DNA from: Methanoregula sp. PtaB.Bin085
GTDB lineage: Archaea; Halobacteriota; Methanomicrobia; Methanomicrobiales; Methanospirillaceae
Direction: 5' to 3'
Assembly (NCBI RefSeq): GCF_002067035.1
Contig: NZ_MVQB01000060.1
Location: forward strand, 103,499 to 167,498
DNA length: 64,000 nt
Shown: positions 36,971-44,751 of the stretch, piece after piece
How positions within the stretch are numbered: the stretch's first letter is position 1
Layout: each line of letters starts with the position of its first letter
Notes under the pieces: generated by a model
Database searches by the model: none
What the model was told of the DNA's origin: nothing
Seen by the model: only the letters and a program-made list of their open reading frames with translations
Made by a program: the position numbers and the translations under genes

Positions 36971-38094
36971 GCAGGAGACTCCTTTACTTTCCGGATCAGC
37001 TTCCTCAGCACCTCCGGCGTTATGTTGCACTTGTGCTCGGAATGGTCCTTGACAAGGTCGAGCACCCTGCAGACCTGCTTCTCCGAAAGCTCACAGCCCA
37101 TTGAGGAGACGACATGTTCGAGTGCCTTCTTCCCGGTGTGTTTCCCGAGGATGAAATGCCGCTCGCTGCCCACGAGATCCGGAGGGAAGTACTCGTACGT
37201 GGCGGGATCGTCGAGAATGGCGGCAATGTGGATTCCGCTCTCGTGCGAGAACGCAAGCTCCCCGGTGACGGGCTTGTTCCGCGGGAGGGAGACACCGGAA
37301 TACTTTTCCACCATGTGCGAGAGTTCCGTAAGGTGCGAGAGGTCGTAGCGGTCGATCCCCTTCTTCATCCGGAGGGCGACGAGAAGCTCCTCGAGCGATG
37401 CGTTCCCCGCCCGCTCCCCGATTCCGTTGACCGTGGTATGGAGCTGGAAGGCACCTGCCTCAGCAGCCGTGATTGTATTAGCCACCGCGCAACCCATGTC
37501 GTTGTGGCAGTGGGCACAGAATGGCCGGTCTACGGATGCGACAAGCTCGGTCATAATCCGCTGCATGTCGGAGGGTATGAGGCAGCCCACGGTATCTGCG
37601 AACGAGAGCAGGACTGCACCGTGCTCTGCAGCCCGCCGGTATACCTCCTTGAGGAAACCGAGATCCGTCCGGGATGCGTCTTCGGCAGCAAACCGTACCT
37701 GGACACCATGGTCACGGGCATAATCGATCATTCTCAGGGAGTCCTCAAGTACCTGATGCCGGGGTTTTTTGAATTTTACACGGACATGGAGTTCCGAGGT
37801 CGGGATGAAGATACTGACCATGTCGACACCACAGTCGATTGCGGTCTGGATATCGGCTTCCTTTGCCCGCGAGAAACCACAGATACGGGCATCGAGCCCG
37901 AGATGTGCTATGGTTTTCACACACTCTTTCTCATTTGCCGACACCGCCGGGAACCCGGCCTCGATGACTTCGATCCCGATCTCGTCGAGTCTGGTTGCGA
38001 TAGCAACCTTCTCCTGGCAGGAGAACGAGACTCCAGGCGTCTGTTCCCCGTCCCGCAGGGTCACATCACAGATCTCAATATGCAACGGTTTCAT
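36967..38094 (-). CDS. aksA: homocitrate synthase-type 2-oxoacid:acetyl-CoA condensing enzyme (probable AksA)
   Basis: DRE-TIM core (ICDVTLRDGEQTPGV...HCHNDMGCAVAN...GIGERAGN). Only 375 aa, so it lacks the LeuA/CimA C-terminal regulatory domain, as AksA does. Confidence 0.8.
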   Translation of the reverse strand: MKPLHIEICDVTLRDGEQTPGVSFSCQEKVAIATRLDEIGIEVIEAGFPAVSANEKECVKTIAHLGLDARICGFSRAKEADIQTAIDCGVDMVSIFIPTSELHVRVKFKKPRHQVLEDSLRMIDYARDHGVQVRFAAEDASRTDLGFLKEVYRRAAEHGAVLLSFADTVGCLIPSDMQRIMTELVASVDRPFCAHCHNDMGCAVANTITAAEAGAFQLHTTVNGIGERAGNASLEELLVALRMKKGIDRYDLSHLTELSHMVEKYSGVSLPRNKPVTGELAFSHESGIHIAAILDDPATYEYFPPDLVGSERHFILGKHTGKKALEHVVSSMGCELSEKQVCRVLDLVKDHSEHKCNITPEVLRKLIRKVKESPA

Positions 38095-39346
38095 GACTGC
38101 ATCCCTCCGGACAAACTCCTTCCACAACAAGTGTTCGCGGCGTGTCCGTCACCACGAGTTCACGTTCAAGCGTCCGGATCTCCCCCGCCCCGCAGACCAC
38201 GGGTGTTGCCCATGACAGGTAAGGGAGGGGATCCGGCACCGGCTGCCCGCCGGTCATGGCCGCACGGGTATTCTTCATAACGATACAGAGCATCGGAAGC
38301 TGTCCGGTATATACATCAATGAGTGCATTCAGGCCGGAATGGAGCAGCGCATAATCACCAATAAGGGCAACCTTTGTGCTCCGTGCAGCGACTGCTATAC
38401 TTGCTCCCATGCCATAACTTGCCATCCCAAGTTCGTACGGGCGGTTCATCGCCAGGATCGAACAGCCGGCATCGCAGATCACCTGCATACCCCGCTCCTT
38501 CAGGATCTTCAGCATCTGGTGATAGGGGCAGTTCCGGCAGAACGTCCGGGAGAAGCCCCTGCCTTCCATTGTTGCAGGTGGCCCCCGGGGTTCCGGAGGC
38601 AGAACTCCCCGATGGTACCGGATGAAGGCACGACCGCACTCATGAACCTCATGGATCCCTGCTGCCTGTGCCGGTACCGGGTTCACGGTCACGATCCGGG
38701 TCGTTCCGGGAGCCGGGCCGGCCCCGGCAGGTCCGCCATGCCAGTGGTTCAGCGGCGAATCGGTTGACCAGTCGGACATCCGGCGGTACAACTCGCCTGC
38801 CGCAGTTGCCCGACCATTCATCGTCCATGCCCGGTTCGCGAGCCGGCCCCGCCGGTCAGCGCGTTGCACGGGGAGATCCTTCGCCTCCGCATCCAGGACG
38901 CCGGGAGTCAGCCGGAGCAGGGTCACCCGTGAGAACTCTTCCGATGCCTGAAACGCAGCTTCGACCGCCGCGTGGAAGCAGGACGGATCCGGTTCGATGA
39001 CCGGTATTTCGGCAAGCTCTCCGTAATACCGCGAATCCTGGGCAGTCTGCGATCCCTTTGCCTCCGGGTCATCGCCGGCCACGAGCACGACTCCGGCGAC
39101 CAGGCCCTGGTTCACGGCCTGGACGAGAGGATCGGCACACGCGTTCACCCCGACATTCTTGACGATGACTGCAGCCCGCCTGCCTGCGATAGAATCGCCA
39201 AGAGCATATTCCAGGGCAGTCTTCTCGTTGATAACGAGCCTGGCTCCGGCAAGGATCGCAAGATCTGTGATCGGGTAGCCCGGAACGGTGTACAGCCGAT
39301 CGGTCGATCGGATAAGTGCATCCGCCACAACCGCTGAACCGTTCAT
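38075..39346 (-). CDS. thiamine-diphosphate enzyme, IorA-like but lacking ferredoxin domain and beta subunit
   Basis: The N-terminal Pyr domain (VPGYPITDL...NEKTALEYALGDSIAGRRAAVIVKNVGVNACADPL) and C-terminal PP domain (FCRNCPYHQ...DAGCS...GMGASIAVA...IGDYALLHSG...NTRAAMTGGQP) resemble indolepyruvate:ferredoxin oxidoreductase alpha. There is no CxxCxxCxxxC module. ATGA overlap with the radical SAM stop. Confidence 0.75.
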   Translation of the reverse strand: MNGSAVVADALIRSTDRLYTVPGYPITDLAILAGARLVINEKTALEYALGDSIAGRRAAVIVKNVGVNACADPLVQAVNQGLVAGVVLVAGDDPEAKGSQTAQDSRYYGELAEIPVIEPDPSCFHAAVEAAFQASEEFSRVTLLRLTPGVLDAEAKDLPVQRADRRGRLANRAWTMNGRATAAGELYRRMSDWSTDSPLNHWHGGPAGAGPAPGTTRIVTVNPVPAQAAGIHEVHECGRAFIRYHRGVLPPEPRGPPATMEGRGFSRTFCRNCPYHQMLKILKERGMQVICDAGCSILAMNRPYELGMASYGMGASIAVAARSTKVALIGDYALLHSGLNALIDVYTGQLPMLCIVMKNTRAAMTGGQPVPDPLPYLSWATPVVCGAGEIRTLERELVVTDTPRTLVVEGVCPEGCSHETVAY

Positions 39347-40311
39347 CCGTCCCTCCCCGGAACGAGATCGCATCCGCAGCAGTTCGTGCACATCGTGACA
39401 GCCTGCCAGGGATCGAGACCTGCTTGTTCAAGTGCGTCTTTGTGGATGGCAAAGATCTTCCTGAGCCGTTCCGCGGTCGGCCGGGGCGTCCCGGCCATCC
39501 CGGCAACCGGGTTGAGGGGTCGAAGGACCGGGATGACCCCATGGGATGTCAGCTGCCGGATGCATGCCTCCATCTCATCATCTGTTTCCCCAAGGCCGAT
39601 GATGACATTGGAAAAGACGCGGTTCTTTCCGAAGAGTTCCACGGATCGATCGAGAACCTGCCAGAGCAGACCGTAATCGAGGCCCGGGCACATCTGTGCA
39701 AAAAGATCAGGGGTCGCTGCCTCGAGATTGAACTTCACTTCCGCAACTCCGAGTGCCTTCAGCCGATCGGGAGTCTGCCCCGTGGGATAGATCGAGACAC
39801 CGATGGGGAGGTTAAAGAATGTGAGGTGTTTTACGACATTCAGCACGTATGCCTCCTCCTCTCCGATGGTCTCAAGGACTCCGCTGGTGACGGAGATCGC
39901 ATGGATTCGGTGCACTGCCGGTTCAACCATCCCCATGATCTCCCCGATGGTCTTACGCCTTCCCCCGAGGGTCGGGACCGGGCAGTACCGGCACCTGAAT
40001 ATACAACTACCGGTGACCGTGATGAACGCCTGGTCGGGGCAGTGGTACCCGGGTTCCAGAAGCCGTCCTGTGGCCTGGTTCCCGTCATAGAAGAGATCCG
40101 CAATCCCGTTCCCGCGGTGGGCGATCTCGATATCTCCCAGAGGGTCCAGCGCGAGCCTGACGCGGTGGCTCCCCATGGCAAAGAAGACTGATCCCTTCCC
40201 ACCGGCTCCCGGGCCGGCAGCTGAACGGGCAATGAACTGGTCCGCCGGCTCACCGCTCAGCCGGGCCGTCCCTGCTTCGAGCAGCCTTGCCTTCAGGTCT
40301 TTCCACTGCAT
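39343..40311 (-). CDS. radical SAM enzyme (BioB/LipA-like core) with C-terminal CxxCCxC motif
   Basis: CIFRCRYC (CxxxCxxC) after an approximately 100-aa N-terminal domain; IIGLGETDDE motif; C-terminus MCTNCCGCDL. Confidence 0.85.
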   Translation of the reverse strand: MQWKDLKARLLEAGTARLSGEPADQFIARSAAGPGAGGKGSVFFAMGSHRVRLALDPLGDIEIAHRGNGIADLFYDGNQATGRLLEPGYHCPDQAFITVTGSCIFRCRYCPVPTLGGRRKTIGEIMGMVEPAVHRIHAISVTSGVLETIGEEEAYVLNVVKHLTFFNLPIGVSIYPTGQTPDRLKALGVAEVKFNLEAATPDLFAQMCPGLDYGLLWQVLDRSVELFGKNRVFSNVIIGLGETDDEMEACIRQLTSHGVIPVLRPLNPVAGMAGTPRPTAERLRKIFAIHKDALEQAGLDPWQAVTMCTNCCGCDLVPGRDG

Positions 40312-41189
40312 AATTCCAGCGCCTCCTCATACCGGGTAAAGAAGGGGATTGCCGCCACAGCCCCCGTAATGCCCCGCCCGTGGATGATAATACGGAGACA
40401 AGGGTCCCGGATCGATGAAATGAGTCCGGAATCGACCTCTCCCCGTTTGACCTTCCTTCCGTATTCAAGCAGATTGTCTGATACGGAAAAACCGGAATAC
40501 ACCGCCATGCCGGTCTTCGTTGAGAGGGTGTATTTCTCCAGCAGCGTACGGAACCTGCTGATGAGGCTTTCCGGATCAGTTGTCGCGAACTCAGCAGCCA
40601 GAGCAACACAGTTCTTGGTGCGGTACGCAACCGGGAAGAGCTGCACAATCGTATGCGACAGGTACACAGTATGTTCATCCTCAACTGAACGGGAGATATT
40701 GTGGACGAGTGTCCATGTCGCTCCCTCATCAGGAGTATCCGTATCATCTACGCCGATCACGATCCGCTGCATCCGTTGCAGCCAGAGGGTGGCCCCGGCA
40801 ACTTTCCCGCCACCGGCAGGATCGCTCCTGCTCCGCAGTACGCCTGTGGCATCGGACCGGCAGGCCGCAGCTCCCACACCTCCGCCACCCATACCGATAT
40901 ACGTCACTGCGATCTCGTCGCCGTCAACAATGCAGGACGAGATTCCGGCAGGAAACCGCGAACCCTCAAGAGCCAGATCGACACTCCCGGCCTTCAGGAG
41001 ATACCGCATGGTGGAACCTACACAGCGGACATCTTCAACAATCGGACTCTGCGCATAGTGCTTTTTCGACCACATTGCCCCGCCGGTACAGTCAAAGAAC
41101 TCGATGAGCTCGACCCGCTTTCCTGCCGAATCGGCCACCGCCGCGATCCGCGGGTAGTGGATCACGTACGGATCAGAGATGCTCTCCAT
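40293..41189 (-). CDS. TiaS-kinase-domain-like protein, paralogue 2
   Basis: 298 aa. The C-terminal half has IVIGVDDTDTPDEGATW...VQLFPVAYRTKNC...IHGRGITGAVAA, resembling the N-terminal kinase module of tRNA agmatidine synthetase TiaS (from memory). N-terminal Gly-rich loop GMGGGGVGAAAC. Paralogous to 41173-42129. Confidence 0.7.
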   Translation of the reverse strand: MESISDPYVIHYPRIAAVADSAGKRVELIEFFDCTGGAMWSKKHYAQSPIVEDVRCVGSTMRYLLKAGSVDLALEGSRFPAGISSCIVDGDEIAVTYIGMGGGGVGAAACRSDATGVLRSRSDPAGGGKVAGATLWLQRMQRIVIGVDDTDTPDEGATWTLVHNISRSVEDEHTVYLSHTIVQLFPVAYRTKNCVALAAEFATTDPESLISRFRTLLEKYTLSTKTGMAVYSGFSVSDNLLEYGRKVKRGEVDSGLISSIRDPCLRIIIHGRGITGAVAAIPFFTRYEEALELCSGKT

Positions 41190-42129
41190 ACAGGCCTGCC
41201 GCCTCGGTTCCCCTATTGCCCCATACTACGGCCCCGAGAGCCCCGATCCGTCCCTTTCCGCCGGTCCGGTCGAGATACTCGATTCCCAGCGTTTCTGCTT
41301 CACGCTCTGCCTCATCCATAGAAAGGATTTCGGTCTTGATCCACTTCGCAACGGGTGCATCGGAAAAATCCCTGATCCCGTGGTAACAGGCTATGCCGGT
41401 CTCCCTGGAGAACGTGTTCTTTTCCACGAATGCCCGGACCGATTCCAGCAGGACCGGGATCCGGGCCGGCTTCACCGCGAAGTTCAGGGAGGTACTGACG
41501 CAGTTCGTGGTTTTGTGCGGGACCGCGGGATTGAGCTGGACGAGCCGCATATTCAAAAACTCGACTCCTTCCATCCTGCAGGCTTCGGCACACTTCAGTG
41601 CCATTACCCACGTCGCCCCGTCTGTCTTCGTGTCCGTGTCATCGATACCGATACAGATTTTCTCGTACCGCGGCGAGACGATACGGACATGGTTGGTCCG
41701 GGCACCGCCAACTTTTAAATCCTCATCAGAAGGATATTCCGTTCTGATGACGCCGGGGGCCTGCGGGAGGCAGGCTGCAACGCCAATACCGGCACCCGCA
41801 ATCCCTGCCCAGCTGGTGATCACCTCGTCTCCCGCGACTTCGACGCCTTCCAGCGCCTGCCCTCCGATATCCCCGGCTGCCGATCCGAAGTTCACCGGGA
41901 ATTTCCCGAGCTTTGCGTGAATGGTCATGGAGGACCCTTCAATCTCGCACCGGACAACTGCACCACCGGCCCTGCGACGGTTCATAGCATCCCATTCAAT
42001 TGTGCCCCGGACCCGGCACTGCTCATGGATCTCGGCAACGCCCGCCCGTTCATCCACCAGTACCAGGAATTTTTGTGCAAAGAGCGGCCCGAACCGCTTT
42101 TTCACGTCGTCAGGAATCAGGGTGATCAT
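41173..42129 (-). CDS. TiaS-kinase-domain-like protein, paralogue 1
   Basis: 318 aa. ICIGIDDTDTKTDGATW...RLVQLNPAVPHKTTNC...GGKGRIGALGAV plus N-terminal GIAGAGIGVAAC. First gene of the operon, with TTTAAATA (42174-42181) upstream. Confidence 0.7.
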   Translation of the reverse strand: MITLIPDDVKKRFGPLFAQKFLVLVDERAGVAEIHEQCRVRGTIEWDAMNRRRAGGAVVRCEIEGSSMTIHAKLGKFPVNFGSAAGDIGGQALEGVEVAGDEVITSWAGIAGAGIGVAACLPQAPGVIRTEYPSDEDLKVGGARTNHVRIVSPRYEKICIGIDDTDTKTDGATWVMALKCAEACRMEGVEFLNMRLVQLNPAVPHKTTNCVSTSLNFAVKPARIPVLLESVRAFVEKNTFSRETGIACYHGIRDFSDAPVAKWIKTEILSMDEAEREAETLGIEYLDRTGGKGRIGALGAVVWGNRGTEAAGLYGEHL

Positions 42130-42173
42130 GTTATCGCCGAAATTTTCGTTAACAAGATAATCGGCAATAACCG

Positions 42174-42181
42174 TATTTAAA
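42174..42181 (-). promoter_or_regulatory. TATA-box-like element upstream of the nine-gene operon
   Basis: The minus strand reads TTTAAATA about 45-52 nt upstream of ATG 42129, within the 87-bp gap after ftr. Confidence 0.35.
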
Positions 42182-42216
42182 AAGATCGATGTGAACCGGA
42201 AAATGAAAAAAAAAGG

Positions 42217-43101
42217 TCAGAGGACTTTGTGCAGATCGATTTTATAGGGACCGAGCGTACCGCCAAAGTTCCCGGCCGAGATAAACCTGACACCGGGTAC
42301 CATGACTGCAGCCCTGATACCAGCGGACATTGCCTCGGCAACCGACTTTTCATCAACCCCATCGATCACAATCTCGTACACTGCCTTAATTCCGGCAGGG
42401 ATCTTGCTGTCGGGGACTTTCTCGCGGAGGGTCGGGCAGTATTTTTCATTGGTGGAAGCAACCATGAATTTGTACTTGTTGCTGCCTACCTTTGAACCGC
42501 TTGCTACAATACCTCCGGGGAAGCTCGTGATGACACCCTTTACCCTGGCAATCGCATCGGATGCAGCCTGTGCACCCATGAGGGCTGCCATCTGGTTCTC
42601 ACCCATAACAAAGAAGTTGCCGCCGGCAACACCCTTGACGATGCCGAACTCTTCCTCACCGACATACTCCCCGTTCATGATCGGGATGACCCAGCACTTG
42701 CGGCCGCCGACTTCTTTCTGGTACTCGTATCCGTCGCCAAAGAAGTGGAGTTTCACCGGTATCTTTTCTTCGGCATTGGTAATGCCGTTGAAGACCGCGG
42801 TGGTTGGTGCCGTAAGAACGCACTCGGCGAGGCGCTCGACAACCTGCTCCTTCAGTTTCTTCTTACCGGCACAGATCAGGATGGCAACACCAGGGCGCCC
42901 GTCAGGAGTTTCTCCAGCCGGAACATCTCCCTCGATTCCTGCCTCGCACGGGCAGCCGATTGCCGATGTGGCAAAGCCGGTTGCCTCAGTTGCTGCTTTC
43001 CTCGCCCATTCAGTAGTGACCGCAGTTATGATAATCCGGCAAACCCATGTCGGGAATGCCTCTGCATACGTATTGTCAATTGTAACGCCATTGATTTCCA
43101 T
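42217..43101 (-). CDS. ftr: formylmethanofuran:tetrahydromethanopterin N-formyltransferase
   Basis: MEINGVTIDNTYAEAFPTW...FFGDGYEYQKE...GGNFFVMGENQ..., 294 aa, full-length Ftr. GGAGGT lies before ATG 43101. Confidence 0.95.
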   Translation of the reverse strand: MEINGVTIDNTYAEAFPTWVCRIIITAVTTEWARKAATEATGFATSAIGCPCEAGIEGDVPAGETPDGRPGVAILICAGKKKLKEQVVERLAECVLTAPTTAVFNGITNAEEKIPVKLHFFGDGYEYQKEVGGRKCWVIPIMNGEYVGEEEFGIVKGVAGGNFFVMGENQMAALMGAQAASDAIARVKGVITSFPGGIVASGSKVGSNKYKFMVASTNEKYCPTLREKVPDSKIPAGIKAVYEIVIDGVDEKSVAEAMSAGIRAAVMVPGVRFISAGNFGGTLGPYKIDLHKVL

Positions 43102-43420
43102 ACAATAACCTCCGGTACTACAAAGGTACCATGATGGTGACTGAATAAATTTTCTAATTTGATTTGGCTGTTTCTGACCGGAACGATAAGAATACAAGAG
43201 CGCAGAAAAAAACGGGAAGAAATGGATGGAAAAGTACACAAGATATCATTAACATAGCGATTTTAACGATTTACTTTTCCGGGAAGTATTTAAACAAGAG
43301 GAAAAGAAAATCGGATAAAAGCTCAGAAATTCTCGTTCAATTTCAGAACATTTATCTACATTCTTTTACCACGTTTTGTTAGTCGATTTTCAGAATCGAT
43401 CTATAGCTGGTGCGTGAAAA

Positions 43421-43519
43421 ATGGCATTTGCAGTGCAAATTATCAAGGAACATTGTACTGGCTGTAATAATTGTGTGGTTGCATGTCCTTATATGAACCG
43501 TGTTGTTTACCCGGTGTAA
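43421..43519 (+). pseudogene. 32-codon ferredoxin-motif mini-ORF (likely polyferredoxin N-terminal remnant)
   Basis: MAFAVQIIKEHCTGCNNCVVACPYMNRVVYPV* carries one perfect CxxCxxCxxxCP motif but is about 37% GC with atypical codons. It lies 57 nt upstream of the polyferredoxin gene on the same strand. Confidence 0.35.
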
Positions 43520-43575
43520 ATCCGTGTTCAAGGAAAGGGCAGGAGTGCAATAAGAAACAACGTGAGGGTTAATTC

Positions 43576-44751
43576 ATGGCATTGTTTCCCAAGTTTTCAA
43601 AAAAGAAAGACGGTGTTAACGTTGTGATGGAGCAGAGACTCCTCCAGAACGTCAACAACCTTATACTCAATGCAGAGACCTGCACGGGATGCGGCATCTG
43701 TGTCGACGCTTGTCCCGAGGAGGCAATCGTCCTCGGGCTTGTCGGTGCATCGCGGAGGGGTGCAATCAACTATGCAGCCCCCATCGATGTCGACGAGACC
43801 AAGTGTTCATACTGTGGTGTCTGTGTCATCATGTGCCCGTTCAATGCACTGACCCTGAAGGTTGACGGACAGGAGCGGCTCCCGATCATCGAGAAGGAAG
43901 GGTTCCCGCAGTACGATATGAAGGCGGAGATCGATGATGAGAAATGCGTGAAGTGCACGATCTGCGAAGAGGTCTGCCCGCGTGATGCCATCGACCGCAA
44001 TGTCCCGGCGTACGAAGGTACGTACAAGGGACCGGTTGCCGGCGCCAAGCCAAAAGCAGCCGCGATGAAGAAGAAGACGACTTTTACCGTAGACAAGGAG
44101 AAGTGTTCCCTGTGCGGCCTGTGTGGTGCGCTCTGCCCGGCCATTACCGTGAAGCACAAGAAATTCACGGCGGAGACCGGTAAAGTTGAGGGTGACGTCA
44201 TCTGGGACGAGACCAAGTGCGATGCCTGCAAGGTGTGTGTTGAGGCATGTCCCGAGGAATGCATCACCGTCGAGCGCGAGATCATCTCCGACAAGGTTGA
44301 CGGCAAGGTCAGCATCATCCAGGACAACTGCTGCACCTGCCGGTGGTGTGCGGTCAACTGCCCGACCGAGGCGATCACTGTCGATAAGATCTTCGAGGGC
44401 GACATCGAGTTCCACGCCGAGAAATGCCCCGGCGGCTGCTCGACCTGCGCGGACATCTGCCCGGCCAACGCGATCTACCTGCCGACTCCCAAAGCCGCAG
44501 CGGAGATGAAGCGTGATGGCAGAGAGCCGACCATCGCGGTCAACAAGGACTACTGTGTCCTGTGCGGCGCCTGTGTCAACGCCTGCCCCGGCGAGGACAT
44601 CATCGTCATGCAGCGTACCGGTGTCCGGATGAAAGGAACCGAGACTGACCTGTTCAAGAAGATCAAGGCCAAGCTCTTCACCAAGAGAACCTCAAAGGTC
44701 AAGGAAGAAGTGCCCGGCCAGGTCAGCATCAAAGTCATGGGGAAGGCATGA
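43576..44751 (+). CDS. polyferredoxin, eight [4Fe-4S] motifs (FwdF/FmdF-like)
   Basis: Eight CxxCxxCxxxCP-type motifs (CTGCGICVDACP, CSYCGVCVIMCP, CVKCTICEEVCP, CSLCGLCGALCP, CDACKVCVEACP, CCTCRWCAVNCP, CPGGCSTCADICP, CVLCGACVNACP). ATGA overlap with hdrC. Confidence 0.9.
   Translation: MALFPKFSKKKDGVNVVMEQRLLQNVNNLILNAETCTGCGICVDACPEEAIVLGLVGASRRGAINYAAPIDVDETKCSYCGVCVIMCPFNALTLKVDGQERLPIIEKEGFPQYDMKAEIDDEKCVKCTICEEVCPRDAIDRNVPAYEGTYKGPVAGAKPKAAAMKKKTTFTVDKEKCSLCGLCGALCPAITVKHKKFTAETGKVEGDVIWDETKCDACKVCVEACPEECITVEREIISDKVDGKVSIIQDNCCTCRWCAVNCPTEAITVDKIFEGDIEFHAEKCPGGCSTCADICPANAIYLPTPKAAAEMKRDGREPTIAVNKDYCVLCGACVNACPGEDIIVMQRTGVRMKGTETDLFKKIKAKLFTKRTSKVKEEVPGQVSIKVMGKA

Noticed and set aside
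36311-38280. Plus-strand ORFs of 345 aa and 388 aa.
   Set aside because: They are antisense to aksD/aksA, whose products carry aconitase and DRE-TIM signatures.
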